DNA of 64,000 bases from an uncultured Planctomycetaceae bacterium (lineage in GTDB: Bacteria > Planctomycetota > Planctomycetia > Pirellulales > PALSA-1355), in NCBI GenBank assembly GCA_963715755.1, contig OY970273.1, forward strand, positions 667,287 to 731,286, in the 5' to 3' direction. The position numbers were made by a program, and so were the translations under genes. The notes beneath the pieces are model-generated. The model searched no databases. It was not told the origin of the DNA and was given only the letters and a program-made list of their open reading frames with translations. Shown here in pieces: positions 10,798-21,371 of the stretch (within the stretch, counting starts at the first letter, position 1; every line of letters begins with the position of its first letter).

Positions 10798-12630
10798 ATG
10801 GCCGCCACCGCCACCGCCGAGGAAAAACTGCCGCACTGGGACCTGTCGAACGTGTACTCCGGGCTGGAGGCCGCAGATTACCGGGCTGATTTCGCCCGGC
10901 TGGAAAAATCGCTGTCCGATCTGGAGCGGCGCTTCGACGAGCAGAACGTTCGCCGGTTGCCCGAGTGCCCCGCGGCCGGTTCGCCCGAGGCGGCCAGTCT
11001 GGCCCAGAGCCTGGCCGCGATTCTGGAGGCGGTGAACGAAATGTCGCGGCTGGCGGAAACGCTGGCCGCATTTGTGTACGCTTTCTTCAGCACCGACAGC
11101 TTCAGCGCGGTGGCTGCCCGGGAGATGTCCAAGCTCGATCTGGTCGGCGTGCGCCGCAGTCAGCTGGGTGTCCGGCTACAGGGCTGGATCGGCAGCCTGG
11201 CCCCGCTCTTGGACCGCTGGATTGCCGGCGGGGGCGCCCTGGGCGAGCATGCTTTTTTCCTCCGCGACAGCGCGCGGCGCAGCCGCTATTTGATGACCGA
11301 GGAATTGGAGCACCTGGCGGCCGAGTTGTGCGTCGATGCCGGCGGCGCGTTCGGCAAGCTGCAAGGCACGGTGACCAGCCAGCTGAAGGTTCCGCTGGAG
11401 CGCGACGGCCGCAGCGAGCAAGTGCCGATCACGGTGGTCCGCAACTATGTCTTCGACGCCGACCCGGAGCTGCGCGAGCGAGCCTATCGGGCCGAGCAGG
11501 CCGGCTGGGAGTCGATTCGCAGCACCGTGGCGGCTTGCCTGAACGGCGTCAAAGGCACGGCCCTGACGCTGGCCCGGCGGCGCGGCTGGCCCAGCGTGCT
11601 CGACTGGTCGCTGGATGCCAACCGGATCGACCGGCCCACGCTCGACGCGATGCTGGGAGCCATCCGCGAGGCGTTTCCGATGTTTCGCGGTTATTTGCGC
11701 GCCAAGGCCCGGCGGCTGGGGCTCGAGCAGCTGCGCTGGTGGGACCTGTTCGCTCCGCTGGGCGGCCAGCAGCGGCGGTTCAACTGGACGCAGGCGCGCG
11801 AGTTCATCGTGGAGAAGTTCGGCACGTTCAGCCCCGGGATGGGCGAGTATGCCCAGGCCGCATTCGACGGCCGCTGGATCGACGCCGAGCCCCGCACCGG
11901 CAAGCGCGGCGGAGCGTTTTGCATGGCGGTCGAGGGGGTCGAAGAAAGCCGGATCCTGGCCAACTTCGACGGCAGCTTCGACCAGGTGAGCACGCTGGCT
12001 CACGAGCTGGGGCACGGGTATCACAATCACTGCCAGCGCGGTTTGCCGAACCTGCTCCGCGGAGCGCCGTCGACGCTGGCCGAAACGGCCAGCATCTTCT
12101 GCGAGACGCTGCTGGCCGAAGCCACCCTGGCCGAATCCTCGCCGGCGGAGCAAGTGGCCATCCTCGAGCTGCAGCTCTCCGGCGCGGCGCAGGTTTGCCT
12201 GGACATCAGCTCGCGGTATCTATTCGAGTCGGCCGTTTTCGCGCGCCGCGGAGGAAGCGAGCTGAGCCCCGACGAGCTCTGCCAGCTGATGCTCGACGCC
12301 CAGGGCGAGACGTACGCCGACGCGATCGACCCCCAGACGTATCATCGCTACATGTGGCTGTGGAAGCCGCACTACTACTCCCACGAGCACAACTTCTACA
12401 ACTTTCCCTACGCCTTTGGCCACCTGTTCTCGCTGGGCCTGTATGCCATTTTCCGCAGCGAAGGGGCAAGCTTCGTGCCGCGCTACGATGCCCTGCTCCG
12501 GGCGACCGGACAGGATTACGCGGCGCCGCTGGCGGCCCGCTTCGGCATCGACATCACCCAGGCCGACTTCTGGCGCGGCAGCCTGAAAGTGATCGGCGAG
12601 CAGGCCGAGCGCTCTGCGCGCTTGCCTTGA
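10798..12630 (+). CDS. pepF: Oligoendopeptidase F (M3B metallopeptidase)
   Basis: C-terminal 610 aa of ORF 9823..12630 with an ATG at 10798. It has the HEXXH zinc motif (AHELGHGYH) and M3 family length and layout. Confidence 0.9.
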   Translation: MAATATAEEKLPHWDLSNVYSGLEAADYRADFARLEKSLSDLERRFDEQNVRRLPECPAAGSPEAASLAQSLAAILEAVNEMSRLAETLAAFVYAFFSTDSFSAVAAREMSKLDLVGVRRSQLGVRLQGWIGSLAPLLDRWIAGGGALGEHAFFLRDSARRSRYLMTEELEHLAAELCVDAGGAFGKLQGTVTSQLKVPLERDGRSEQVPITVVRNYVFDADPELRERAYRAEQAGWESIRSTVAACLNGVKGTALTLARRRGWPSVLDWSLDANRIDRPTLDAMLGAIREAFPMFRGYLRAKARRLGLEQLRWWDLFAPLGGQQRRFNWTQAREFIVEKFGTFSPGMGEYAQAAFDGRWIDAEPRTGKRGGAFCMAVEGVEESRILANFDGSFDQVSTLAHELGHGYHNHCQRGLPNLLRGAPSTLAETASIFCETLLAEATLAESSPAEQVAILELQLSGAAQVCLDISSRYLFESAVFARRGGSELSPDELCQLMLDAQGETYADAIDPQTYHRYMWLWKPHYYSHEHNFYNFPYAFGHLFSLGLYAIFRSEGASFVPRYDALLRATGQDYAAPLAARFGIDITQADFWRGSLKVIGEQAERSARLP

Positions 12631-12790
12631 CCGAGTTCGAGTCGGTCTGGGGATAGGGAAACAGGCCCGGCTGATGGCCGCACGTTGCGGGACCAGCCGG
12701 GCCACTGCCCCCCGGTTCCGCACTCCATTGCGCAGAGGCGGTACCTATCTGAACCATAGCGCGGCCGCTGCGGCAGGCAAGCGGCAGCCC

Positions 12791-12847
12791 GCCGGCCGAG
12801 GGAACTTCCGCCGGCCGAGGGAAATCCAGCCGGCCGAGGGGGATTTT
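12791..12847. repeat. Tandem direct repeat, 3 x 19 nt (GCCGGCCGAGGGnAnnTnn)
   Basis: The three units gccggccgagggaacttcc / gccggccgagggaaatcca / gccggccgagggggatttt were read directly. They lie in the convergent intergenic gap between pepF and ybjQ. Confidence 0.8.
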
Positions 12848-13038
12848 GGCGATCCTTTGCCGCCGGGCCCCCTACTCCGCCGGTCCGGCGCGCGTAGAAT
12901 CCCCTCAGGCGGATGGCCGGCTGCAGCGACCGTTCTTGGCTATCGCTCGCCTGAGAACGGCGCGGGCCGGCCAGCTGCTTTCTTTCGCCGCATCTTCAGC
13001 AGATGCGGGCCAAGCGCCAGGGGGCTTTCGCGGCTGCG

Positions 13039-13443
13039 TCAGCCCCGCGGGCGGTACGGCACCACTTCGACCGCCGTGCCATAGGCGAGCACCTCGGTAA
13101 CGCCCTGCATCACTTCGGTGGCGTCGTAGCGTGCGCCGATGACGGCGTTGGCTCCCAGTTGGGCGGCATGTTCGATCATCAGGTTGAACGACTCGTTCCG
13201 CGTCCGCTCGCACAGGCTCGTCAGGATCGTGATGTTCCCCCCGACCAGCGTTTGCAGTGCTGCCCCCAGGTTGCCCACCACCGAACGCGAGCGCACCGTG
13301 ATGCCGCGGACGACGCCCAGGCTGCGCACGATCTGGTAGCCGTCGAGCTCAAAGGCCGTGGTCACCATCTGGTGCGGCACCGTGCCCGGCGGCGGAACCT
13401 CGGCGCCATCCGGAGAATAGGGATGGTTGGGGCTGGCAGTCAT
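13039..13443 (-). CDS. YbjQ-family (UPF0145) protein
   Basis: ORF 13039..13443. It has the typical YbjQ core [29 protein letters not shown]...[12 protein letters not shown]. Confidence 0.85.
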   Translation of the reverse strand: MTASPNHPYSPDGAEVPPPGTVPHQMVTTAFELDGYQIVRSLGVVRGITVRSRSVVGNLGAALQTLVGGNITILTSLCERTRNESFNLMIEHAAQLGANAVIGARYDATEVMQGVTEVLAYGTAVEVVPYRPRG

Positions 13444-13518
13444 GATCGGTTCTCTCGGGGTTGGTGCGATTGGTGCGAGCGTGGCGTCGACGGTAAGCGG
13501 GGGTGCGGGGCGCCGCGA

Positions 13519-14304
13519 TTACGAATCGTCGGCGTCCAAAAGGACCAGCTCATCGCCGACCGACAGGCGGCCGGCGGTGAGCGTTTGCGTGTTGACGGCC
13601 AGCCGATAAAAGTGGTTGAACCGGCTCGCTTCGGCCCAGGCCGGAAGCGTAGCCCGCCGCTCGGCGGCAAAGGTTTTGGAAAAGCCCCAGATCACTTCGC
13701 CGGTCTCGGCATTGCGGGTGGGCACGATGCAGCGCTGGCAGGGATTCGTGCCCCCCAGAGTCGCTCCGCCGATGCGGAATCGGACCAGCGAGCCCTGGGT
13801 GGCGTACAAGCGGTCTTCCCAAAACGGCTCGACGCCGTCGATTTCCAGATTGGCCCGAAACCGCAGTCGGGCATCTTCGAGCGAAACTCCCGGAAACCAG
13901 CCAGCCACGGTCTCGAGCGTCGCCGTGCTGATGAGCGTGGGGCCCGGCGCTTCCAGATCGTCGGGGAATCCCTGGGCGGCATTTTCGTGCACCTCGACGG
14001 GGAAATCGAAATGCCGGCTCAGTCGGGCTTCGAGCTCGAGCCGCTGGCTGTCGATTTGAAATGTTTCCCGCTCCTGTGCGCCGCGCAGGCCGAGCGTCAC
14101 GCTGCGCGTGGCCGGATCGTAGCTGCCGGCCAGCGTGTGGATGACGTGCGTTCGCTTACCGTTGACCACTTCACCTTGCGCATCGCGGAGGCAGAAGCGA
14201 CGATCGTTTTCCAGGCCCGCGTAGGGCAGCAGCGGCGCGCTCTCGAGCCAGAGCGGATCGAGCGACTTGATCGGATAGACGGCGATGCGGGCCAGACGCG
14301 GCAT
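13519..14304 (-). CDS. MOSC domain-containing protein
   Basis: ORF 13519..14304. It has the N-terminal beta-barrel start (IAVYPIKS) and the MOSC conserved cysteine context (GGTNPCQRCIVPT). Confidence 0.85.
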   Translation of the reverse strand: MPRLARIAVYPIKSLDPLWLESAPLLPYAGLENDRRFCLRDAQGEVVNGKRTHVIHTLAGSYDPATRSVTLGLRGAQERETFQIDSQRLELEARLSRHFDFPVEVHENAAQGFPDDLEAPGPTLISTATLETVAGWFPGVSLEDARLRFRANLEIDGVEPFWEDRLYATQGSLVRFRIGGATLGGTNPCQRCIVPTRNAETGEVIWGFSKTFAAERRATLPAWAEASRFNHFYRLAVNTQTLTAGRLSVGDELVLLDADDS

Positions 14305-14855
14305 CAGTTCAGCCTCGGATCCGAGGGCACGTGCTTGATGCCCAGCGCCGCCAGCAGTCCGGAGCCGCTAATCTCTTTGACGAGCGCTTCCCAAGCGCCG
14401 TCGGGGTCGCGAAACACGCGCTGGGGCGTGGCCGCGATCGTGCCCCAGGCGCCTGCGGCCAGCTCCGACTCGAGCTGTCCGGCCCCCCAACCCGAGTAGC
14501 CGATGAAGAATTTTGCCGAGCCGTCGGGCTCGTTGGCCAGCTGTTCGAGTTTTTCTTTTTCCGCGGTGAAGTAGACGCCCGGCGTGGCTTCGATGTCGAC
14601 CAGTTCGGCATTGCCGTGCAGCGCCATGAGCGGGCCCTGGATGGGGCCGCCGACGCGCAGAGCCTCGCGGCTGGCGCAAGGGCCGCTGCTGATCTGGCTC
14701 CAGACTTCGCGCACGCCGGTGCCGGACTGCCGATTCAGGGCCAGGCCGAAGGCCCCTTCCTCGTTGTGCCGCACCAGCAGGACGACCGAATGAAAGAAAT
14801 TCGGATCGAGCAGTTTTTCCGAGGCGATCAACAAACGACCGGCAAGAAAACTCAC
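14304..14855 (-). CDS. YqgE/AlgH-family protein (UPF0301)
   Basis: C-terminal 183 aa of ORF 14304..15170 with a GTG start at 14855. The sequence LLDPNFFHSVVLLVRHNEEGAFGLALN...GGPIQG...FIGYSGWGAGQLE is typical of the family. Its stop overlaps the MOSC start. Confidence 0.8.
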   Translation of the reverse strand: MSFLAGRLLIASEKLLDPNFFHSVVLLVRHNEEGAFGLALNRQSGTGVREVWSQISSGPCASREALRVGGPIQGPLMALHGNAELVDIEATPGVYFTAEKEKLEQLANEPDGSAKFFIGYSGWGAGQLESELAAGAWGTIAATPQRVFRDPDGAWEALVKEISGSGLLAALGIKHVPSDPRLN

Positions 14856-15600
14856 GATCGACCGCTGTGCTGTGCCGAGAAGAAGACAAGAAACCAGAGA
14901 GGCGCCAAACCCGGCGACGAACGACACAAGGTCGCGCGCCCGTCGCGCGCTCCGGAGCCCAAGTTGCAATATACCAAAGCCGGCCCGGGGCCAGTTGCCG
15001 CACGGCGAGCGCGACGGACGCTCGCCGGCCGGTGCGCCAGGGCGGCGGAGCACAGCGCGCCCGGCCGCGAAAAGTGCCGCGATGAGCACACACCGTTTGC
15101 CCTGAACTCCCCTGCCCTGCCCTGTGCCGGGCGAAAACAGCGGCCCTGGGGTCATCCTTGACGACGGCATTCGCTGCCGTCATGGATTGCCGGACTGCCT
15201 GCAGCACATGTCTGTCCGCCTGGCGGGCACTTCCCGATCGTTGATCGGTCTGAATTGCAGTAATATATTTCTCGCAAAGCACTTGCGAGAATCCTCGTGG
15301 TCGCGGCACGGCGTTTGTTTAAGCAATTCCCCGGACAGAACGCAGTGCAGGACAATTCACCCATTCCGCGGGAAGGTGCAAACATGTTAGCCACGGTTCT
15401 TTGGGGGCGTGCGACGGGGCTGGCGATTACGGCTGCTTTGACGGCGGTGCTCGGTGCGGTAACCGCGCAAGGCCGGCCGCCGGGCGGCGCGGCCAAAATG
15501 GGCGCCCGCCGGGCCGGTATGTCTGCGGCGATTCTCCGCTCCGGCACGCTGCGGGCGGACCGCAGTGTGCAGCTCGAAATTCTCTAGCAGGTGCCCGGTC

Positions 15601-16792
15601 ATGGAAGCTCTGGTATTCGAAACGCCGTATCAGTTTGTGCCCCCCTACGAAGGCCGCTTCTGGCCGACGGTGCTGCAGCGGGCGACGCGCTCGTATCTGC
15701 GCTGGCAGTATGGGATCACCGAGTTCGAGTGTCGGGGGCTGGATCGTCTGCGAGCTGCCCGCGCGGCTGGGCACTCGATCTTGCTGGCGCCGAATCATTG
15801 CCGCCCCTGCGACGCGTTCGTGGTGAGTGAGCTCGCGCCGGGCCGGTACGCTTCCCTACGTGATGGGGAGCTGGCACCTGTTCATGCAAGGCCGCTTTCA
15901 GTCCTGGGTGCTGCGCCGGGCCGGCGTGTTCAGCATTTATCGCGAGGGAGTGGATCGCGCCGCGCTCAATGCCGGGATCGAGATTCTCAGTGCCGCGCGG
16001 CGTCCGCTCGTGGTATTTCCCGAAGGAGTCGTCAGCCGGACCAATCATCGCCTCAACCCGTTGATGGAGGGAGTGGCCCTGATGGCCCGGTCGGCCGCCC
16101 GGCGCCGGGCAGCCCAGTCGCCGGCCGGGCAGGTGGTCGTTCTGCCCGTGGCGCTCGACTATTCGTTCCAGGGGGACCTTTCGGGAGCGATCTCTCCCGT
16201 GCTCGACGCCATCGAACGCCGGCTCTCCTGGCGCCTGCAGCGGGAACTGCCGCTGACCGAGCGGGTTCGCAAGCTGGGCGAAGCCCTCTTGGCCCTGAAA
16301 GAGGCCGAGTACCTGGGCCACGCCCAGCCGGGCCCGCTGTTCGAGCGCCTGCAAAACCTGACCCGTCATCTGCTCGAGCCGATCGAGCGCGAGTATCTGC
16401 ACGGCGCGACCGACCCCAGCGTGGTGGCCCAGGTCAAGCGGCTCCGGGCGGCGATTCTGCCCGAAATGATTCACGGCCAGCTGCCCGCGGCCGAGCGCGA
16501 GCGGCGGTGGCGGCAGCTCGCCGATCTGTATCTGGCCCAGCAGTTGTCGTTTTATCCGCCCGATTACCTGGGAACGGGAGCGAATCCGAACCACGTTCTG
16601 GAGAGCGTCGAGCGGCTGGAAGAAGACCTGACCGACTTCAGCCACGTGCATCCGCCGATGAAGGTCACGGCATCGGTGGGCGAGCCGATCTTCGTTAGTG
16701 CCCAGCGCGAGCGCGGCGCCGAGCACGATCCGCTGATGGCCAACCTCGAAGCCCAACTCCGGACCCTGCTGGGGATCGATCATGCCGGTTAA
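15601..16792 (+). CDS. Glycerolipid acyltransferase (PlsC/GPAT-like, long C-terminal extension), with one apparent frameshift ~15838
   Basis: ATG at 15601 within ORF 15565..16698, which carries the H(x)4D motif NHCRPCD. The rest is in ORF 15827..16792, which carries the FPEG block (VVFPEGVVSRT). Confidence 0.8.
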
Positions 16793-17454
16793 TCGCCGAA
16801 CCCTCTGGCTCCGGGCGATCTTGGTAGCGCTGGCCCTGGGCGCTTGGTTTGGGACGCAAGCGCTCCTGGGCAGCCGCACGCCGCGGGGCGAGGGGATCGT
16901 CGACGCGGTGCACATCTGGACGGCGCCTGCGCACGATTACTTGCTGGCGCGTCCCCAATTGGCCGACGGACTGCTGGTCGTCAGTTCAGCAGTGATCGAT
17001 GCCCTGGGGATCTTTCTGCTCGGGCGGTCGATTTTCGGCCGGTCGGTGCGGCCGCTGCTGGCCTTGCTCACGCTGTTCGCACTGCGGCAAGCGTGCCAAG
17101 GGCTCTGCGCTGCCCGTGCCCGAGGGCATGATCTGGCGCTCGCCGGGCGTTCCTTCGCTGCTGGTGACGTATGGCGTGTCGACGGACTTGTTTTTTTCCG
17201 GCCACACGGCGCTGGCGGTGCTGGGGGCGATCGAACTCGGCCGCCTGCAAAAGCCCTGGCTGCGGCGGCTGGGCCTGGCCGCGGCGGTATTCGAGGCCGG
17301 CACGGTCCTGATCTTGCGCGCCCACTGGACGATGGACGTCTTCGCCGGCGCCCTGGCCGCGATTCTGGCCGCCAGTCTGGCCCAGCGCTGGGCCGGGCCG
17401 ATCGACGAGCGGCTGCGGGGCATCGGAGCCGGAGCGCCACGCGCTGCTGCTTGA
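16782..17454 (+). CDS. PAP2_C / sphingomyelin-synthase-like integral membrane protein, with one apparent frameshift ~17109
   Basis: The start overlaps the acyltransferase stop by 11 nt. The N-terminal TM helices are in ORF 16782..17672. The catalytic part is in ORF 16999..17454, with DLFFSGHTA and HWTMDV motifs. Confidence 0.7.
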
Positions 17455-17562
17455 GCCCAGCCCCGGGAAGCAGCAGGCCCTGGAAACACCCGCCCCGGCG
17501 ATCATGCGCCAGCGGCGCGGGCAGCGACTCGTCGGCGCTCGCCGATTCGTGTGCCCCGCGGC

Positions 17563-17600
17563 CAAAAAAAATACCCCCGGGCCGCGTGGGCCCTGGGGGC
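17563..17600 (-). terminator. Rho-independent terminator downstream of the small lipoprotein gene
   Basis: On the minus strand there is a GC stem (gcccccagggccc/gggcccgggggt) followed by attttttttgg. Confidence 0.55.
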
Positions 17601-17631
17601 ATTCTTTGCTGCACTTGCCCGGGAGGCCGGG

Positions 17632-17895
17632 TTACTTGGTTTCTTCTTCGACTTCTGCAGCCCCTTCCTTGACGGCATGGGCAGCTTCGTGAGCCCCCTT
17701 CTTGGTCGCGTCGGCGGCTTCGTGGGCTCCTTCTTTGATCTTTTCTTTTGCTTCTTCGGCCATTTCCTTGCCGGCCTCGGCCGTGTCGTGAGCGGCCTGG
17801 TTCATTTTGTCTTCGGCCTTTTTGACCTGGGGGTTATCGCAGCCCACCCACAGGCCCAGGCTCAAGACCGCCAGCATCGTCAACCACGTTTTCAT
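17632..17895 (-). CDS. Small lipoprotein with repetitive charged helical segment
   Basis: ORF 17632..17961 with an ATG at 17895. It has a signal peptide plus lipobox (MKTWLTMLAVLSLGLWVGC) and repeated E-A-x-H-E-A-A/K-E-G-A segments. Confidence 0.6.
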   Translation of the reverse strand: MKTWLTMLAVLSLGLWVGCDNPQVKKAEDKMNQAAHDTAEAGKEMAEEAKEKIKEGAHEAADATKKGAHEAAHAVKEGAAEVEEETK

Positions 17896-18326
17896 CGCAG
17901 GTTCCTTCGGAAAAAAAGAGCTAAGGATTCCGCCGGCCGAGACCCGGCCCGCCATGAGCAAGAGTCCCGCCGGGGCGGATTTATTCCCGCTTCTTCGGCA
18001 CAGCCTGGCAAGTAACCGGCGCGCGGCGGAACCGCTTGCCGCGGCGCTGCTTGCCGCGTCGCGGACATGCTCCGCGTTTTCGCCGCTGCGACTGCAAGCG
18101 GATCTTCCAGCAATCCACGTGGGATTTCATTAGGTGGACCGAGCGTTTGCGGCAACAATCGCAGGCAGCGCTTCCGCCTCCGGCGTTCGGGAACGCAATC
18201 GCTTTAGATTCCGGGGGGGCCGCCGATTCCTGTCAATGTCGGCCGGACCTGCTGGTTGCCGCGGTGTGCCAATAGACCGCCGGGAGAGTCCGTTGGACGG
18301 TTCACTCGCTCAGCAGGAGACAGTCC

Positions 18327-19740
18327 ATGGATCGTCGTCAATTCATCACGGGCGTGGCCGCGGGCGGGTCGCTCGCCCTGGCGCAGCGGCTTGCGGGCCG
18401 CAGAGACCTGCCCGCGCACGTTCGCCACGCCCGAGGAAGCCCGGCGGTCGGCCCCCGAGAAACTCGCCTATGTCGTCGGCGTCTACGCGGGAACGGGAAT
18501 CCCCAAGCCGGACTATCTGGCGACGATCGATCTCGACCCGGCGTCGCCGACGTATTCGCAGGTCGTGCATCGGCTGGCGATGCCGAACGTGGGCGATGAA
18601 TTGCACCACTTCGGTTGGAATGCCTGCGCCAGTTGCCACGGCGAGCGGGCGCGGAGATACCTGGTCATTCCCGGCCTGGTCTCGGGCCGGATTCATATCG
18701 TCGACACGGCCGATCCCCGCGAACCGAAACTGCTGAAAGTGATCGAGCCGGCCGACGTTGTCGGCAAGACCCGGCTGACCGCCCCGCACACCGTGCACTG
18801 CCTGGCCGACGGGACGATCATGATCTCGATGCTGGGCGATGAGAAACTCGACGGCCCCGGCGGGTTTCTGCTGCTCGACGACAAGTTCGACGTTGCCGGG
18901 CGGTGGGAAACCGGCACCGAGGGCATGCAGTACAACTACGACTTCTGGTATCAGCCCCGGCACAACGTGATGGTCAGCAGCCAGTGGGCCGCGCCCGCCA
19001 CGACGCGCCCAGGCTTCAGGCTCGAGGACGTGAAGGCCGGAAAATACGGCCACCAGCTGCACTTCTGGGATTGGTCGAAACGAAAAATCGCCCAGACCAT
19101 CGACCTGGGCGAGAAAGGAATGATCCCGCTTGAAGTCCGCTTTCATCGCAATCCGGACAGTCCGCACGGCTTTGTCGGAGCCGCCCTGTCCAGCGTGATG
19201 TGGCATTTCTCCAAGGACGGCGAGCGGTGGCAAGCCGAGCCGGTCATCGAGGTCGCAGGCCGCGAGCTGGAGGGTTGGGACTTCCCGGTGCCGGGCTTGA
19301 TCAGCGATCTGGTCGTCTCGATGGACGACCGCTGGCTGTACTTCTCGAATTGGCTGCACGGCGACGTCCGGCAGTACGACATCCGCGATCCGGCGAAACC
19401 AAAGCTCGCGGGCCAGGTCTGGGTCGGCGGATTGCTGGGTAAGGGCCCCCAATTCCGCAACACGCCCGCGCACGGCGGCCCGCAGATGCTGCAACTCAGC
19501 CTCGACGGCAAGCGACTGTACGTCACCGACTCGCTATTCAGCAGCTGGGACAACCAGTTCTATCCGGCCATCGCCAAAGCGGGGTCGTTGATGCGGCAGC
19601 TCGACGCCGATACCCAACAGGGTGGGCTGAAGCTCAACGAGCGGTTCCTGGTCGATTTCGGCCAGGAGCCGGGCGGGCCGGCCCGGGCCCACGAAATGCG
19701 GTTTCCGGGGGGCGACTCCACATCCGACGTGTGGAGTTGA
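18327..19740 (+). CDS. Selenium-binding protein (SBP56) family / methanethiol-oxidase homolog with Tat signal, one apparent frameshift ~18390
   Basis: The twin-arginine leader MDRRQFITGVAAGGSLALA is in ORF 18327..18599. The whole SBP56 body is in ORF 18256..19740 (HHFGWNACASC, GRIHIVD, YNYDFWYQP, LYFSNWLHGDVRQYDI). Confidence 0.85.
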
Positions 19741-19844
19741 CCCGCTGCGTTCGCGCCAACCATTTGTCGGCCAGCTAGACGATGAGCGCAAGAAAAAGCC
19801 CGAGCGAGTGCTCGGGCGTTGGTGTGGCTTGCTTCGCTCTCGAA

Positions 19845-20531
19845 CTAGGCCTTGCGGCGGCGGGCGGCGAACAGCAGGCCGATCGTGCCCAGTCCGCAGA
19901 GAACGTAGCTGGAGGGCTCGGGCGTGACGATGAACAAGAAGTTTCCGCCGGCGTGATTATTGCCATCGCCGCCAGCGTACGGCGGGGGCGAAAGTTCTGA
20001 ACCGCCGCCGGAGGTGTCGTACCGGTCGTGGCCGACCCAAACCAGGTCGCCGGAGGTGGGCAGCCCTCCAGGGCCACAGCATCCGTAGGGGTCGGACCCC
20101 GAGAATCCATAGCCAACCACCGAGGCGACCGTTCCGGGTGCCAGGATGATCGGGTGCGCGAGATTTACGAATTGCGTTCCGTCCTCGTAGACCGCGGAAT
20201 TTCCGGCCGGCACAGTCACCTGAGCAACGTTAGTGCCGGTGTTCGAGCCCACGCCGCTTAGCGTCCACAGAATGACGTCGTGCGGTGCGGCCAGGGCGTG
20301 CCCATTGTAGTCGTAGAATCCCAAGGCGGTGATTTCGACGGGGCTTGAGCCGACCGTGAAGTCCTCGCCGACAGACCAGTTGCTCCCACCGGTCCCCAGG
20401 TTGTTCGTAAATGCAGATTGGGTTGCGTCGTACCAGGCCATCGGCGCCGCCGAAGCCTGGCCCGCCACAAAGCAAGCCGCCAACACCAAGGCCGCCAAGA
20501 GACCCGAGCGAGTTAGATTCTGGCACATCAT
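19845..20531 (-). CDS. PEP-CTERM-anchored secreted protein
   Basis: ORF 19845..20603. The ATG at 20531 is preceded by AAGGGGGA. It has a signal peptide and a C-terminal VTPEPSSYVLCGLGTIGLLFAARRRKA sorting signal. Confidence 0.8.
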   Translation of the reverse strand: MMCQNLTRSGLLAALVLAACFVAGQASAAPMAWYDATQSAFTNNLGTGGSNWSVGEDFTVGSSPVEITALGFYDYNGHALAAPHDVILWTLSGVGSNTGTNVAQVTVPAGNSAVYEDGTQFVNLAHPIILAPGTVASVVGYGFSGSDPYGCCGPGGLPTSGDLVWVGHDRYDTSGGGSELSPPPYAGGDGNNHAGGNFLFIVTPEPSSYVLCGLGTIGLLFAARRRKA

Positions 20532-21371
20532 GATTTCCCCCTTGAGGACGAACGATTGCGTTGGTGCTGGAGGCCGGACTTGCCCCCGAGTTGGAACGTT
20601 CACGTTTTCACGACGAGACGGACAGCAAGATTTCGCTATAGCGGTCGATTAGAATAAATATAAGTTTACTATGTATTTTACTTGACATGATTCGGCTTGA
20701 CATCCAACCGCAGTTCACTCATGTCTGAAACACACCGTCGACTTCCGCTGAACCCACAGTCTACGGTCGCAGCAGATCACCCTGCGACCAATTGTCGTTC
20801 TTTCACGACCCGCATCCTGGCAGTTCCCCGTAATTCGAACTGCGGACGCCTGCGACTAAGTTCAATCGCGGGCACGCTCACTGGGGCCCGCTGCGGTTGA
20901 TTTTTTTGAATCGGATCGGTCTCGATCCGAAAAATTCCTTCGAAGACTTGCTGCCGCCGCCGAGCGCTGCGTGGGCGACTCTTTTGGGATTCGGTTGGCG
21001 AGCTCGATTCAGGGACTTCGTTGTCACGACGTGCGTAGGTGGTCACGAAGCGCGAAAACAGCCCGTTTTTGGCCCGTTTACACACCCCGCCCCCCATGGT
21101 GCGTCGGATTTCCAGCGGTGTCAAGCAGCCAGGCGGAAAATCGTCGACCCGATCTGCTCGCGACGCCAGGTCCAAGCGACGGCCGATGCGATTTGCTGCG
21201 CGATTGGCACGCTGGCCACGCGCGCCACAATTTGGCCGAGTCTAGCGGCCACCCAGAAGGCGCCCGCCGCGGAGCCAAAGGGCGGCGACCCCCAGCGATC
21301 GCTTACCGGCTTTCGGTAGTGCGCTGACAACGACACACGCCGTCCGACTGGCCGGAGTGCCGTCGGGTGTC

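Noticed and set aside
15384-15587. Possible 67-aa secreted protein (MLATVLWGRATGLAITAALTAVLGAVTAQG...) with a GGAAGGTG RBS.
   Set aside because: It is plausible, but it rests only on a signal-like N-terminus. The rest is Ala/Arg/Gly-rich like the background, and conservation cannot be checked, so it is not listed as a feature.
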